This document shows, in pieces, positions 21,545-36,005 of a DNA stretch of 64,000 nucleotides (positions are counted from its first letter, which is position 1; every line of letters starts with the position of its first letter). The stretch lies in contig NC_043003.1 in the NCBI RefSeq assembly GCF_006345805.1, positions 52,824,001 through 52,888,000 of the forward strand, in the 5' to 3' direction. A model generated the notes under the pieces. The model saw nothing but the letters and a program-made list of their open reading frames with translations, was not told the origin of the DNA and did not search any database. Position numbers and translations under genes: made by a program. The DNA comes from Octopus sinensis. Taxonomy: Eukaryota.

Positions 21545-23880
21545 AAGCAGTAGGTAAACTGCAGAATGGGAAGACACCTGAAAGGGACCCAATAGTTGGA
21601 TATTGGTACAAGAAGCTGACATTTTATAGAAACCAATTTATATGTATGTTCAAAAGGACTATGGAAGGTCAGACTGATATACCACATTGGTATGCTACAG
21701 CAAGAACATATCCTGTTGCCAAAAATGAAATCACCGAGATGGCAGGAAACTACAGGCCTATTGCTTGCCTAAACATTATGTACAAACTGTACACAAGTTG
21801 CCTCAACTAATTCCTCCAAGACCATTGTGAATGGAACAAAATTGTGACAGATGAACAGGCTGGTAGAAAGAAGGGAGTGTGGGGATGTGCTGAACAACTT
21901 TTATTAAACAAAACTGTACTAGCTAAAGTAAGAAAACAACGTAGAGACCTTGTGACAGTATGGCTTGACTATAAGAAGGTATTCGACTCTGTCCTTCATT
22001 CATGGCTGTTGAAGTGCCTACATCTAGCAAAGGTACCTACTACCTTAGTAGCTGCTATATAGAATTCACAAAGACATGGACAACTATTCTTACCCTCACA
22101 ACTGAGAACAGAATATTTGTTTCTAATAGTATAGGCATTACAAATGGAATATTCCAAGGAGATAGTCTTTCTGTACTTCTTTTCATTTTGGTACTGAATC
22201 CATTATTGTTCCTACTGCAGAAAACAAACGTTTACATGCTAGGATCTTCAACTGCCAGAAATATCAATGTAACTCATTGAAGATTTATGCTAAAAGTGTT
22301 AACAATGCCAAAAAAAAAAACTGGAATTAATAACAACATTTTCAGCTGATACAGGTATGGAATTTGGCCAAAAGAAATGTTCATATTTGGTTATAGAACG
22401 AGGAAGATAAGTTCCTCAAACCCAAAACTTAACTTGTGCATCAAGGGTCTCTCTATCTCCGCCATTCCTAGGCATAGACGAAAATGTATCATATGAATGC
22501 ACTGTGAATAAAGATAGAGTAACCTGAGAATATTACACCAGACTTAGGAAAATAAGGCAGTCGGAAATCTCCTCTTACAACAAAACAATATCCCAAAATG
22601 CATTTGCAGTACCAGTGCTGGTCCCAACATCTGGGATACTTGATTGGTCTGTAGAGGAAATCCACTCCATAGATATGAAAACCTGCAAATACTGACAACA
22701 ACTGGGAACTTCCTCAGAAACAGTGATGTTGACAGCGTCTAAGAAGAAATGAAGGTGGTACAGGCTTGAGATCAGTGCAGATAGCCTTCGGATGCCGTAT
22801 GGTATCACTTAAGCAGTACCTGCTAAGCAACAGCAGCAAAAATAAATATATAAACGCAGTCCTGAAAAGTGAAGTGAGCAGCAATGTACGGTGTGGCAGT
22901 GAATTCCTCAAGAAGCACTCTCTTACTGAAGATCTCCTATACAGCCACAAAACAGCTGGGCTCTCTTACTTTAGAGAAGACCTGGATGGAAAACACTCAG
23001 CATACAGAAAAAAAAAGACCACTCATAGGTATGTTGCCCGGAAACTTGAAGAAGACAGTAGAATTGACACGAAGGGCAGTCTCTATTGAACACAAGACAA
23101 CAATTTGAGGGCTATGAGTTTGCAATCCAGGAACAGGAGATTTCCACGAAGTACCTGGGGAACAAGAGAGACAGTGACGCTCTTGTAATCCCAAGGTACA
23201 ACCGCATGTGAAGGCTATGTCATGTTTCTGTGGACGACACTACACATGTGATTAGCGGCTGTCCTAAAACGTCGTCACGGTACTACCTCCCAATGCGGCA
23301 CGATGTTGTTGCTAAATCAATTTACAATGCCATCCGCAAAAATGACTGTCCTGAAATAAACTTAGAAAATCCCTCTGTTATGGAATCATTCATAAACACC
23401 AACTCAAGAAATACTGGGGGAATTTCCCGTCAAAACGTCTGTCAAATGTAAGCATAACAGGGCGGATATTGTTGCTTGGGACAGAAGAGCAAAGGTATGT
23501 ACCATCATAGAGGTCAGCTGCCCTGCAGATATAAATATCTCTTTGAGAATCAAAGAAAAAGAGGATATCTATAGACAACTGCTTCGAAACCTCCAGCTTC
23601 TATATCTAGACTATGAATTCATATTCATACCAATAATAATTGGAGTACTAGGTTTTGTTAGCAAATGTTTAATGGAGAATCTGGATAAACTGGGATTTTT
23701 AGAAAGAGAAACTGACTGGCTAATTCATACATTAGAAGTCCAATCTGTGAGTGGAACAGTAAAAATATGCAAGATTTTTCTCAAGTTTCAAATGTGAATA
23801 CATCTGTGTTAACTATGTCCCAAAGATGGAGTTTTGTATCTTCGTTGGAAACCGGCTGCTTCCTCAATGGTACACCCTCA
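21545..23880 (+). mobile_element. R4/Dong-like LINE (RT, CCHC zinc knuckle, RLE), decayed
   Basis: NYRPIACLNIMYKL, WLDYKKVFDSV, GIFQGDSLS, HVISGCP...RHD and EVSCPAD...EKEDIYRQL motifs across frameshifted ORFs. Confidence 0.88.
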
Positions 23881-23894
23881 AATTTACTCTACTT

Positions 23895-24335
23895 TAACGT
23901 TCTTTTCTACTCTAGGCACAAGGCCCAAAATTTTGGGAGAGGTGTCCAGTTGATTAGATCGACCCTAGTACGCAACTGGTACTTAATTTATCGACCCCGA
24001 AAGGATGAAAGGCAAAGTCGACCTCGACGGAATTTGAACTCAGAACGTAAAGACAGGCGAAATACCAATGAGCATTTTGCTCGGCGTGCTAACGTTTCTT
24101 ATTTCTTTATTGCCCACAAGGAGCTAAACATAGAGGGGACAAACAAGGACAGATAAACAGATTAAGTCGATTACATCGACCACAGTGCGTAACTGGTACT
24201 TAATTTATCGACCCCGAAAGAATAAAAGGCAAAGTCGACCTCGGCGGAATTTGAACTCAGAACGTAGCAGCAGACGAAATACCACTAAACATTTCGCCCG
24301 GCGTGCTAACGTTTCTGCCAGCTCGCCGCCTTACT
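23895..24335 (-). mobile_element. SINE-B dimer
   Basis: Two cores separated by tail-1; head ggcggcgagctggcagaaacgttagcacgcc at 24300-24331. Confidence 0.85.
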
Positions 24336-25189
24336 CCACTTTAGCATTATCACAAATTGGTGCCCATCCAGAATATTCTGAAGTACCCCCAGGCATCAAA
24401 GTCTGGTGACGGACCTGCTTTAAAGCCCTCAAAGCCTGCTCCCGCATGGTTGCAGTCCAATGACTGAAACAAGTGAACGATATAAAATAAGATACACTGG
24501 GTGAGTGGAAAGAAAAAAAGAAAACACGGCCGGTCACGGGTGGTAATCCTTTGGTTATAAATCTTAAGGTTGAAGAGAGACGAAGACAATAATAACAAAA
24601 ACAACAGCGACCGCAACAACAACCGCAACAGCAACAAGTCCTTGTTTTTTATTGACTACAGAACGATGAGAGTTTAAAGCTGATTCTGTTGAGATTTGAC
24701 AATCGTTCGCTGAGTTCATTCATTCAACTAAACCTGTTGAACAGTGTGACATTAACTGACATCAACCGACAGCAGCAACAGTTGCAGTGAAGATTGGCTT
24801 GTGACAAACGAAGTGGCAATAACGACTCAAAAACGTTGAGGAAACAACAATAGTTGACAGAAATTAACGGTGCCTAGATGCTTTCAATAACAATGAATGA
24901 ATTGCTAGCCAGTATGACGAGGGAAGTAATGGCTAACTCAGCCAATAAAGAGTGGATCAGAAATGATGATGACAACGATAATAAAATAGCTAGTGACAAT
25001 GATAACGTCAACAATGGAGACAATAATAGCAAGAACAATAGCATGAATATATGTAGTTTTATTTATTTATTTATTTGTTTATTTTGTCTTTGCTATTAAT
25101 TTTTGTGATGTTGCTTATTTAAACACGTAACCGAGTAGTGGAAGTGAACAGTAAAAGTAGTAAAGATTCATGTCAGCAATAATTATACA

Positions 25190-25270
25190 ACACTACATAC
25201 ATACATACATACATACATACATACATACATACATACATGCATACATACATACATACATAAACACACACAA

Positions 25271-25305
<35 letters not shown>

Positions 25306-25375
25306 CATATGTATGTATTTATGTATGTATGCATGTATGTATGTATGTAAGTATGTATGTATGTACGCATATATG

Positions 25376-25408
<33 letters not shown>

Positions 25409-25545
25409 CACGTATGTATGTATATGTTGTATACACACACATACACATATAAATATACATGTATGTTTGTATATGCACGTATGTATATGTATGTGTGTGT
25501 TTGTGCATATATACATACATATATATATATATATACATATATATG

Positions 25546-25636
<91 letters not shown>

Positions 25637-25856
25637 CATGCATACATATATAAATACATACATAGCACAAATATCCTTATGTAAGATGTATGTACATCTG
25701 TAACTAAACTTCATACATGATAATGACGACATTGATGCTGTTGATAATGATGATGATGGCGATGATGATGGCAATGATGATGGCGATGATGATGGCAATG
25801 ATGAGGATGATGATGATGGTGGTGGTGAGGATGACGACGTTGATGATGATGATGAA

Positions 25857-25903
<47 letters not shown>

Positions 25904-26091
25904 CAAAACTGAAAGTTTGCACAAAAATCGACTACGGGTAATCCAGGATATGATAAAAACAACAGTATAAAAGGAAATGAAATGAATGATAATGATCATT
26001 GTAATAATAATAATAATAACAATAATAATATAATAATAATAATAATACAACAACAACAACAACAATAATAATAATAATAATGATGATGATG

Positions 26092-26144
<53 letters not shown>

Positions 26145-26145
26145 C
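25190..26145. repeat. Compound microsatellite block (TACA, CA, TA, GAT, CTA, TAA)
   Basis: Contiguous simple repeats; these explain all the low-complexity ORFs here. Confidence 0.95.
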
Positions 26146-26480
26146 CTTTCTTTAATGATCATTCAGTTATTGCGCTATTAAAACTTAAGTTAAAATGAAA
26201 TCAATCGTTATTTTTTTTTTTATTCCTTTTCAAATTTGGTTTTTTCTGTCTGAGGTAAATAGTCTATAGGTTATAGAACATAGAATTCGAATGTCAATAG
26301 TATTGGCGGATAATAAATTGCATGAATAAATACGAATAAATAAGCGAGCTTAATATTCGGTCAGACCGACTTGATGCCTGATTAGAGACAAAGCCATGAG
26401 CTGTTATTTAAACTAAACTGTCCTGTCAAATACGTGGATCTTGGCTCACAAATTATAAACATAAACACAGATAAATATAA

Positions 26481-26512
<32 letters not shown>

Positions 26513-26840
26513 ACAAACAAATACAAACACACAGACACACATATACACACAAATATAAAGACACACACAGTGTGGGGGCTAGACTCTTTAGTGTTGTGTA
26601 TGTAGCCAAATCCAGGCAGTGAATCTAAACCAGTTTATGAATGAAGCCCTGTTATGTTTGCAGGTGTGCCTATTGTTAGCATATTATAAAAGCTTCAAAT
26701 ATGTATTAATATGCAAACATATATAGAATCCGTGTAAACATATATATATAGGTATATGCATGCAAACATAAATACATACAAATAAACATACATACATGCA
26801 TACATACATACATACATACATACATACATACATACATACA

Positions 26841-26870
<30 letters not shown>

Positions 26871-26871
<1 letters not shown>

Positions 26872-27165
26872 CCGGATTACAGATTTACGTTTATACCAAT
26901 TGTAATTGGTGCACTTGGTTTTCTAAGTAAATGCTTAACTACCAGTCTGGATAAGCTTGGATTTTTAAAAAAAGAAATCAACCAAATGGTTCGCACATTA
27001 CAAATACAACCTGTATGCGGAACAGTAAAACTGTGCAAGACTTTTCTCAAATTTAGAATGTGACTTTGTTTTCGTTATCTACATCTCAAAGATAAAGCTA
27101 TGTTAGAAGCAGTTCCTTCAACAAAAGATGAATTTAATTAAAAACAGAAATGAACGTACATACAT
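26871..27165 (+). mobile_element. R4/Dong-like LINE 3' end, 5'-truncated, within (TACA)n
   Basis: [22 protein letters not shown]...TVKLCKTFLKFRM* (TGA 27061-27063), with (TACA)n directly 5' and after the 3' UTR. Confidence 0.8.
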
Positions 27166-27172
27166 ACATACA

Positions 27173-27236
<64 letters not shown>

Positions 27237-27726
27237 CCTAGATACATACATTTACAGAAAACTGCCTCGAAACGAACCAACCAAAGAATCAAGGCTCGAC
27301 GTGGTCAACAGACGTGTTAGATATAAGAGTCAAATCGTTACTAAATCAAACGACAGTGCGTTAAAGAAGTAGGAATGATATTATTAGATAATGTAGTCAA
27401 AGATGCTCATAAAAGTCGGGATGACAAGAATTCCATTTATCATAGGTCTCCTCGACCAAAGTTGGACTTGGATTTGGTCATCATTTCTTACTTCGTAATA
27501 TACTGGAATTGAAATATAAAAATCAATTGCCGCAATACATATTCAAAACTAAAAAACTTCTAGCGCACTTCTTATAGATAGTTAAAGAAAGCTGTTTCAT
27601 GTGAAAGCTTCGGAAAAAGACAAACAGTAGCTGAAAACTACTGCTGATCTTTTGTGTATAACAAAATTAAGTATAACATGCTTTCATGAGACTTCAGCAT
27701 TGATAGAGATGTTGTTTGTTCCTACT

Positions 27727-27985
27727 CGAGCCACGCCTGGCTCATAGGGCCGGTTTCCCCAGTTCCCTTGGCGTATAGGTTCCCCACCTGGACGGGACGC
27801 CGGTCCGTCGCAGGTGAGCTGCAAGATGCAGGAGGATTAGTGAGAGAAAGTTGTGGTGAAAGAGTCAGCAGAAGTTCGCCATTACCTTCTGCCGGAGCCG
27901 CGTCGAGCTTAGGTGTTTCGCTCATAAACACACAGATCACCCGGTCTGGGATTTGAACCCGCGACCCCTCGACCGCGAGTCCGCT
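27727..27985 (-). mobile_element. tRNA-head SINE sharing its 3' segment with 17905-18149
   Basis: ggttcaaatcccagaccggg head remnant; gaccggcgtcccgtccagg...gaaaccggccctatgagcc tail. Confidence 0.7.
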
Positions 27986-28038
27986 GATATAGATAGTTTG
28001 ATATATATATATATATATAATATATATATATATATAAT

Positions 28039-28094
<56 letters not shown>

Positions 28095-28124
28095 CATATA
28101 TATATCAAACTATATGTATATATA

Positions 28125-28228
28125 TACTTCATTCTAATAAGGTGTTCAGTCCAACGTAACTGGTGCTTGTGCACCATCGCCTCAATACTCAAGATATCAG
28201 CTGTCCTCAGGACCTGTGTGTCTGAAGT
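28125..28228 (-). pseudogene. RTE LINE ORF fragment
   Basis: SDTQVLRTADILSIEAMVHKHQLRWTEHLIRM matches the RTE post-RT motif (SIEA...QLRWxGH). Confidence 0.7.
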
Positions 28229-28560
28229 ATTTATATACATACATACATACATATATATACATACATACACACACTTGTATATATACGCATATATATATAT
28301 ATACATACATACACACACACACATATATATGTATGTATATGTGTGTGTGTGTATGTGTGTGTGTGTGTACTCTATCGTGGGCTTCAACAATAAGGGCGGA
28401 CGTCGACGACAATAACAATAAAAAGAACAACTGTGTGTTTTGGGGTCGTTGAAATTGTTGTAAAAGATAGATATTGTAACCTTGACAAGAAAACAACGTC
28501 CAATATTTGGTTTGCATAAGCGAGATGGAACGGCGGAAACCATAAATTTAAAATTTAAAA

Positions 28561-28592
28561 AAACGAAGAGAACTTTTTTGCCAACCCAATAT
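28561..28592 (-). mobile_element. Solo mariner-like terminal inverted repeat
   Basis: Reverse complement tattgggttggcaaaaaagttc resembles the TIR at 12721 and ends in TA/(TA)n. Confidence 0.55.
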
Positions 28593-29374
28593 ATATATAT
28601 ATTAGGTTCTTCCTTCATGTCTCTGAAGATAACCAGGTTATCAAGCTTTACACTTTATGGGTCCTGAGGTGGCTTGTTAGGCCAATTTTAGCATGAAATT
28701 CACGGTTGCAATGGAAGGACGTAACAGCAGTTCTGGGTTCGTTGGGATTCTTGCTTTCTGCACCGCCCTCCTCTCTTTAGCATTTCTAGTTATATGAGTA
28801 TCAGAGTACGAACTGGTGTCTATATGATCAATTAAAGCCATTCAAGCCGGTGACCCAGCGTGACTACATTTTGATCATTAATACCAATATTTGATTGCTG
28901 TTAGCACAGTCTCTAACTTAATAGCTTTGTCTGATGAATGTTTTTAATTAATATTCTGGGACGCCATAGTTCAATCGAATAAAGAGTTTGTTTGTTTTTA
29001 AGATGGTAAATTGTTGCTTGAGGTGAATGTGTCTGCTATTTCTAGCAAGTGAAATGACCACAAAGTACTCACGTTGGCTCGTTATTTCGAATGGTTGTTT
29101 ACTGAACGTGTCAAAGAGGGATAATAAGCATTGGAACAACGAACAACGATCGATAATCGAGGATGCATTGACGAATGGATTAAACATTGGTTCAACAAAC
29201 GGAACAATGACCGATAATCCACGAATGGATCAACGAAAGGATTAACAAATGGATCATCGAATGGATTAGCGAATATGGTTTTAAATATATATATATTTTT
29301 TAATGGAACATCTGATTTTAAGAATAAATATTTTTCGAGAAGACAATTTAAAATTCTAGTAGTAGGTGAAGGAG

Positions 29375-29640
29375 TAGCTGTGTGGTAAGTAGCTTGCTTA
29401 CCAACCACATGGTTCCGGGTTCAGTCCCACTGCGTGGCATCTTGTCCTCCCAACATCGCTTGACAACCGATGCTGGTGTGTCACGTCCCGGTAAATTAGC
29501 GGTTCGGCAAAAGAGACCAATGGAATAAGTACTAGCCTTACAAAGAATAAATCCTGGGGTCGATTTGCTCGACTAAAGGCGGTGTTCCAGCATGACCACA
29601 GTCAAATGACTGAAACATGTAAAAGAGCAAAAGAGTAAAG
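29375..29640 (+). mobile_element. SINE-A with internal deletion
   Basis: Head joined directly to the body (cgtggcatcttgtcctcccaacatcgc). Confidence 0.8.
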
Positions 29641-29646
29641 AGAATA

Positions 29647-30175
29647 GTGTGAAGGAGATCAAAAGACGAAAAGTGCCGGCAAAATCTGCATTCTCAAAAT
29701 TGTATAACGTCTTGAGAAACCGTACCCTGAGCATCATGACAAAGATCCGTTTGTTGAACTGCTATGTCTTCACTGTGTTAATGTATGGAAGTATGGCATT
29801 GTCTATGATATCTGCAATGAGAAAATGCTTGGAGAGCTGTAAAGTCTAGTTCTTAAGGAGAATATTGAGGATATCAAGGGCAAATTGTCTAATGAAGCGA
29901 GGACTCGAGTTGCGGTAAATAGGAAACTTCTTCGTGAAATAAGGGTCAAGCAATTGAGATTTCTTGGTCATGTGACGAGGTAAGAGGGATTCGAGAATTT
30001 AGCGACGACTGGAAAGATTGAAGGGAAAAGAAACATAGGAAAGTGAAGGATGATTTAGGTGTCAAGGTTGACGACATAGTTGGAAGAAAGAGGCCTTAAG
30101 GATCAGGAAGTGAAACCGTTACAGAAAACAAAGAACAGGGAATTGTGGCAGGACATGATCGCCTATATCCTACAT
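29647..30175 (+). pseudogene. RTE-like LINE 3' coding fragment
   Basis: EIKRR...AKSAFSKLYNVLRNRTLS..TKIRLLNCYVF.VLMYGS and a downstream QLRFLGHV-like segment, with stops. Confidence 0.8.
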
Positions 30176-30867
30176 TCTGTACATGGTACCTAAAGAAAGA
30201 AAGAAAGAAGAAAGAGAAAGAAGGAAAGAAGGAAAGAAAAGAGAATGAAAGAACGAAAAAGTATTATTCTAATATTCATAATTTGGTAAGGTCTTTTCCG
30301 TTCTTTTATAAAAGTGTCTGGAAGGATGAAGAGCCAAAGTTGACATTTCTAAATTATCATTCATTTAAAGTCCATAAACATTTTGCATGTTATTCCCTCA
30401 AGCATTGTTGTTATTTCCGTTAAACCCCAAGTCAATCACAATGGCTCTAGCTGTGTCCCATGCTGTTCTTTTATAGTTTGATGAAAGTGTCGGACAAAGT
30501 GCTTAGCGGTAATTCTTCTGGTTCTTTATGGTCCTGAGTTCAAATTCCACTGTGGTCAGTTTTGCATTTCATCTTGTCCGGGTCGATAAAATAAAGCACC
30601 AGTTAAGTAATGGGATCGATGTAATAGACTTGACCCCACCGCTCAGAAATTGCTAGTTTTAAACCCTGAAATGAATCGGCATCCTGTTCAGAGAAATATT
30701 GTGATCTCGGTCATATATATTCTATGGAGATGAGGTAACCCGGCCTTATAAGTACTTGAACTCAATAAAAAATAAAACAAAACACATCATTCACAGTGCA
30801 CTTTTTAAAAGACGATAGGATTTGATTTGAGGGAGATCTGGTTGTTGTTTCTAGTAGTTAGAGCTCC

Positions 30868-31255
30868 TCTCTTTTACTCTTTTACTTGTTTCAGTCATTT
30901 GACTGCGGCCATGCTGGAGCACCGCCTTTAGTCGAGCTAATCTTTGTAAGCCTAGTACTTATTCTATGGGTTTCTTTTGCCAACCACTAGTTACGTGGCC
31001 GTAAACACACCAGCATCGGTTGTCAAGCGATGTTGGGAGGACAAACACAGACGCACAAACATATGCACACACATAATACATACATATATACATATATACG
31101 ACGGGCTTCTTTCAGTTTCCGCCTACCAAATCCACCCACAAGGCTTTGGTCAGTCCGAGGCTATAGTAGAAGACACTTGCCCAAGGTACCACGCGGTGGG
31201 ACTGAACCCGGAACCATGTGTTTGGTAAACACGCTACTTACCACACAGCCACTCC
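30868..31255 (-). mobile_element. Full-length SINE-A
   Basis: Reverse complement of the 14782-15186 structure. Confidence 0.9.
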
Positions 31256-31460
31256 TTGAAAAATACATGTAATAGACTAATTAATTATTGTTTCAATTTC
31301 TTTACAAAATCAATAATTTCTTGTAGGGAACATTGTAGAGTAGCAATAAGCGGCTACATAACTAACGTCATTGATTAATGTATGAAAGTCCTACAGTCTC
31401 ATTTTCACTCCTCTACAAGCATTAAAACCACCTTTTTTTATAAAGAAATTCAGTATGATA

Positions 31461-31849
31461 TCTTTATATAAAAAAGTGAAGTTGTGTGTCTGTCTCCTAC
31501 GATTTAGATTCCTAACTACTCCCACATTTTGCGGTGCAGTTTAACCAAAACCGGGTATATTATAGTCGTGATTCATATCGAGCCCTTCTGGGTATTAGCG
31601 CGCGTCTACGATGAGTCTACGATTAAAAAAAAAAATTACCATCATCTTTTTCCATTTTAATGCATTTTTTCGCTAAGGGAAGTAACTCTCTAAAAATGTC
31701 TACGATGAGTCAACGATTAAAAAAAAATTTACCATAATTTTTTTTCCATTTTTAATGCATTTTTTGCTATTTTTTGGCTATAACTCTCTGAAAATGCTTA
31801 TATAGTTATTTCCCTTACAAACCCGAGCAACGCCGGACGATACTACTAG
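31461..31849 (+). mobile_element. Non-autonomous Helitron
   Basis: A|TC start, subterminal cccgagcaacgccgg hairpin, CTAG|T end and an internal ~100-bp subrepeat. Same family as 9054-9454. Confidence 0.85.
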
Positions 31850-32709
31850 TTCTAACTAAATTGGCAACAAAAAACATAACGTTTCTTCATTGTTCTATAA
31901 CAGAGTATATGACACTACTCTTAAAAAAAATTTAACATTGATATTCATGACAGTCATACCTAAACTTATTTAAACAGCTTCATCGAAGAACTCACCCACC
32001 CAGCATGTTGGTAAAGATACATAAGCGTACCACGCGCACTACACGTACACATACACACATGCTCGCATATACAATCATTCACATAAAACATACTGGCATA
32101 AACACATAAATACACTAAGAAATAAGTGCTTAGAAACTCTCCTACGCATCGTTCTTCAAGGTTTTGAATGCATCAACTGAAACAAAAGCCTCTTTCTTTT
32201 TCTTTTACACCAGTTCAGTTTACTGACAAGCCACCAACCTCCGGCTTGTCCAAATCATTTAATTTTGACAGGCAGTTAGGTGATAGGCGGGTATTTGTCA
32301 GAGACCCGTATTTGCTGTCATTTTTTTTCCTTACTGTTCGCCATCTATAGCAGTACCAAGGTCAGCAGTATTAGAAGAAAAAACAAGAGTGATCAGAAAC
32401 AACACAGGCGGTGAAAGGTCATTCAGATTTGACATGCAGATTGGTGGGATTTATCTTTATTATATTTCGAATATTCTATTTTAATTTAAATGAAATCGCT
32501 TTTGATAATTATTTTTCTCTTCCGTCGCTTAGTGGTTTGCCTTGCTACAATTGCGCTTCTTCATCAACTTTTGGTTCCTATTTCATTTAGTTTCGTTTCT
32601 GTACTTGGTTTGCAAGTCTTATTTTGAAATCGTGGAGAGTGATTATGCCAATGAGAAACACACGTACTGATTCAATTTCACTTCTTTTATTATTATTTTA
32701 TTTATTTTA

Positions 32710-32902
32710 TTCTTTGATTCCTTTGCTTGTTTCAGTCATTTGACTGCAGCCGTGCTGGAGCACTGCCTTTAGTCGAAAAAATCGACTCCGGAACTTATTC
32801 TTTGTAAGCCTAGTACTTATTCTATCGGTGTCTTTTGCTGAACTGCTACCGTACGGGGACGTAAACATACTAGCATCGGTTGTTAAGCAGACACACAAAT
32901 AT

Positions 32903-32984
<82 letters not shown>

Positions 32985-34115
32985 ATATATACGACGTCTT
33001 CTTTCAGTTTCCGTCTACCAAATCCACTCACAAGGCTTTGGTAGGCCCGAAGATATAGCAGAAGACACTTACCCGACGTGGCACGCAGTGGCACTGAACC
33101 CGGAACCATGTGGTTGGTAAGCAAATTGATTTTTCCGACCATAAATGTTCAGTTACTTGAACACCTAAACGACTAGGGGCACTGAATTAACTAAGTTATC
33201 ATTAATGTAATTCTCAGGGAGAATCAGAGTGACGCAGTGTGACAAAGTTAGGCCTCAAAATTACAGATAGAAACTATCCGAAGGGCTTGTGTACGTTTCC
33301 ATCAACCCAATTTCACGAAATTACAAAAACAGTGAATTTATTCAATTTCTTCATTGAATTCATAAGGGAATTTTGTTTTATTTTACTTATTTCAGTCATT
33401 TGACGGCGGCCATGCTGGAACACCAACTTTTAGTCGAAGAAATCGCACAGGATTTATTCTTTGTGAGCCTAGTACTTATTCTATCGATTTCTTTGGCCGA
33501 ATCTCTAAGTTACGGAGACGTAAACACAGCAACATCGGTTGTCAAGCGATGGTGGTGGGGACAAGCACAGACATACAAACACACACACACACACACACAT
33601 ATTCTCTTCTACTGCTGTACTTGTTTCAGTCATTTGACTGTGGCCATGCTGGAGCACCGCCTTTAGTCGAGCAAATCGACCCAAGGACGTATTCTTTGTA
33701 AGCCTAGTACTTATTCTATCGGTCTCTTTTGCTGAACCGCTAAGTTACGGATACATAAACACACCAGCATCGGTTGTCAAGCGATGTTGGGGGGACAAAC
33801 ACAGACACACAAACATATACACACACATACATATACATATATACGACGGGCTTCTTTCAGTTTCCATCTACCAAATCCACTCACAAGGCTTTTGTTGGCC
33901 CGGGGCTATAGTAGAAGACACTTGCCCACGGTGTAACGCAGTGGAACTGAACCCGGAACGATGTGGTTGGTAAGCAAGCTACTTAACACACAGCCACTAT
34001 CCGACGGGCTTCTTTCAGTTTCTGTCTACGAAATCCACTCACAAGACTTTGGTCGGCCCGAGGCTATAACAGAAGATACTTGCCCAAGTGGGACTGACAC
34101 ACAGCCACTCCTGCG
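32710..34115 (-). mobile_element. Cluster of SINE-A copies (two near full-length, two partial)
   Basis: Repeated ttgtttcagtcatttgactg...ttaccaaccacatggttccgggttcag motifs at 32710-33125, 33380-33590, 33610-33995 and 33995-34115. Confidence 0.85.
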
Positions 34116-34754
34116 CCTGGAAAAAAAACAAAACACTTGTGTTTTATTTTTGGTCAAAGTTTACTTTCTCCACTTGCAAAGAAGAAAGAAAAAAAAAAAC
34201 TGCTCTGGAGTAGTTTCCTCTCAAATACGAAAATAAACTGAATGATGAAAGAAAACAGATAAAGACGAAATGATTGGAAGAAGAAAGAGAGAGATTGTAA
34301 AAAATAACGAGTTTTAGTAAAACATTCAGTCAGTAAAAGTATTAATTGTATTGTCACCTATTTCGATCTATTGAAGCCGATTCCTTCTCCCACATGAACC
34401 AACTTATTTGTGAGACGGCGAAACTATTTTGCAAATACTTTCAATCAATTCTGTTGTTTGAAAGGTAAATATATTAATTTCTACTTAGATATTTGATGGT
34501 ATAGTAATAATTGTCAAATTGTAAATAACAAAAAAGTTACGAAAATATACTTGATCGTAAATAAAAATAATTCACTGAAAATTATCATTACCATTTTTTT
34601 TTATGTGTTAGGGGAAAATTTGGCTAAGATATATTCTCTTTGGCTAAAATATTCTCTCTGTCAGTTATTAACACACACACACACATTAACAAATGTAAGT
34701 GCTTTTACTCGACCTGCTAGAAATAGCAGCTAAGTCTCCTTCAAATCCCTTTTT

Positions 34755-35360
34755 ACTAAAGGTCTGAAATTTGTTGGGGGGGGGGAACTAGTTGATTATA
34801 TTGATCCTAGTGTTTCACTTGTACTTACTTTATCGACCCTGAAATGATGAAAAACAAAGTCGGCCTCGGTAGAATTTGAACCCAGAACGTAGCGACGGGC
34901 GAAATATCGATAAACATTTCGTCCAGATTTCTAACGATTCTTATTTCTTTATTGCCCACGAGGGGCTAAACATAGAGGGGACAAATAAGAACAGACAAAG
35001 GAATTAAGTCAATTACATCGACACCAGTGCGTACGTAACTGGTACTTACTTTATCGACCCCAAAAGGATGAAAGGCAAAGTCGGCCTCGGCAGAATTTGA
35101 ACCCAGAACGTAGCGACGGGCGAAATATCTGTTTCTTTATTGCCCACAAGGGGCTAAACATAGAGGGGACAAACAAGGACAGACAAAAGAATTAAGTCAA
35201 TTGCATCGACCCAGTGCGTAACTGGTACTTAATTTATCGACTCCGAAAGGATGAAAAGCAAAGTCGGCCTCGGTGGAATTTGAACCCAGAACGTAGCAAC
35301 GGGCGAAATATCCATAAGCATTTCGTCCAGCGTTCTAACGATTCTGCCAGCTCGCTGCCT
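34755..35360 (-). mobile_element. SINE-B trimer
   Basis: Three cores separated by two copies of tail-1. Confidence 0.85.
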
Positions 35361-35789
35361 CGAAAGTCTCCTTCAGATCAGCCAGAGGAAAGATAAACTT
35401 GACAAGGAACGTGATTTATGGAGAAGTCAGCTAAGTAACTGTAAATATAGCGTAATGCAATATTCTGGCCTAACAGAAGATGAATTGAGATAATTTTTAA
35501 ATAAACGTCTTTAGTTAACAGTATTAAAAGATTGTTAAGCTTCCGGAGAGAAAGACAACCTTGTTTAATGATTAATTTGCCTAATTTGAAAAGCAACAAA
35601 TATAGCATCTGTTTTTCTGACAATGAAAATAAAAATAAAGTTTAAATGTTTCTAAATCTTTGAAAGATCTTTTGTATTGTTAACTGAATGTGTATTATAT
35701 TTAAGACTGCATATAAAATCGACAAATAATTAGACTTTAAAACTTGGTCAGCAAAGCGATTGGTAATGCAGGCTATTTAGTTTGCGTAT

Positions 35790-36005
35790 TGGTTTCAAAT
35801 TTTAGTTCAAGGCCAGCAATTTCGACGAAGGGGCTAAGTCGATTAAATCGACCCCAGCAATTGACTAGTACTTATTTCATCGACCACAGAGGGATAAAAG
35901 GCTAAATCGATCACGGCGGAATTTGAACCCAGAACGTAACGACGGACGAAATGCTGCTAAACATTTAGCCCAGCGTGCTAACGATTCTGCCAGCTTGCCG
36001 CCTTA
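35790..36005 (-). mobile_element. SINE-B monomer
   Basis: Head, core and tail-2 present. Confidence 0.75.

Noticed and set aside
25170-26162. Long ORFs rich in YI/HT/CV/MYV or poly-I/L/S (also 19.5, 36.4, 39.3, 55.5 and 59.4 kb)
   Set aside because: They are translations of TA, CA, TACA and TAA microsatellites, with no coding signal.
28624-28650. CTGAAGA followed by the GATAAC/GTTATC hairpin
   Set aside because: No GAAA or stem III follows, so it is not a hammerhead.
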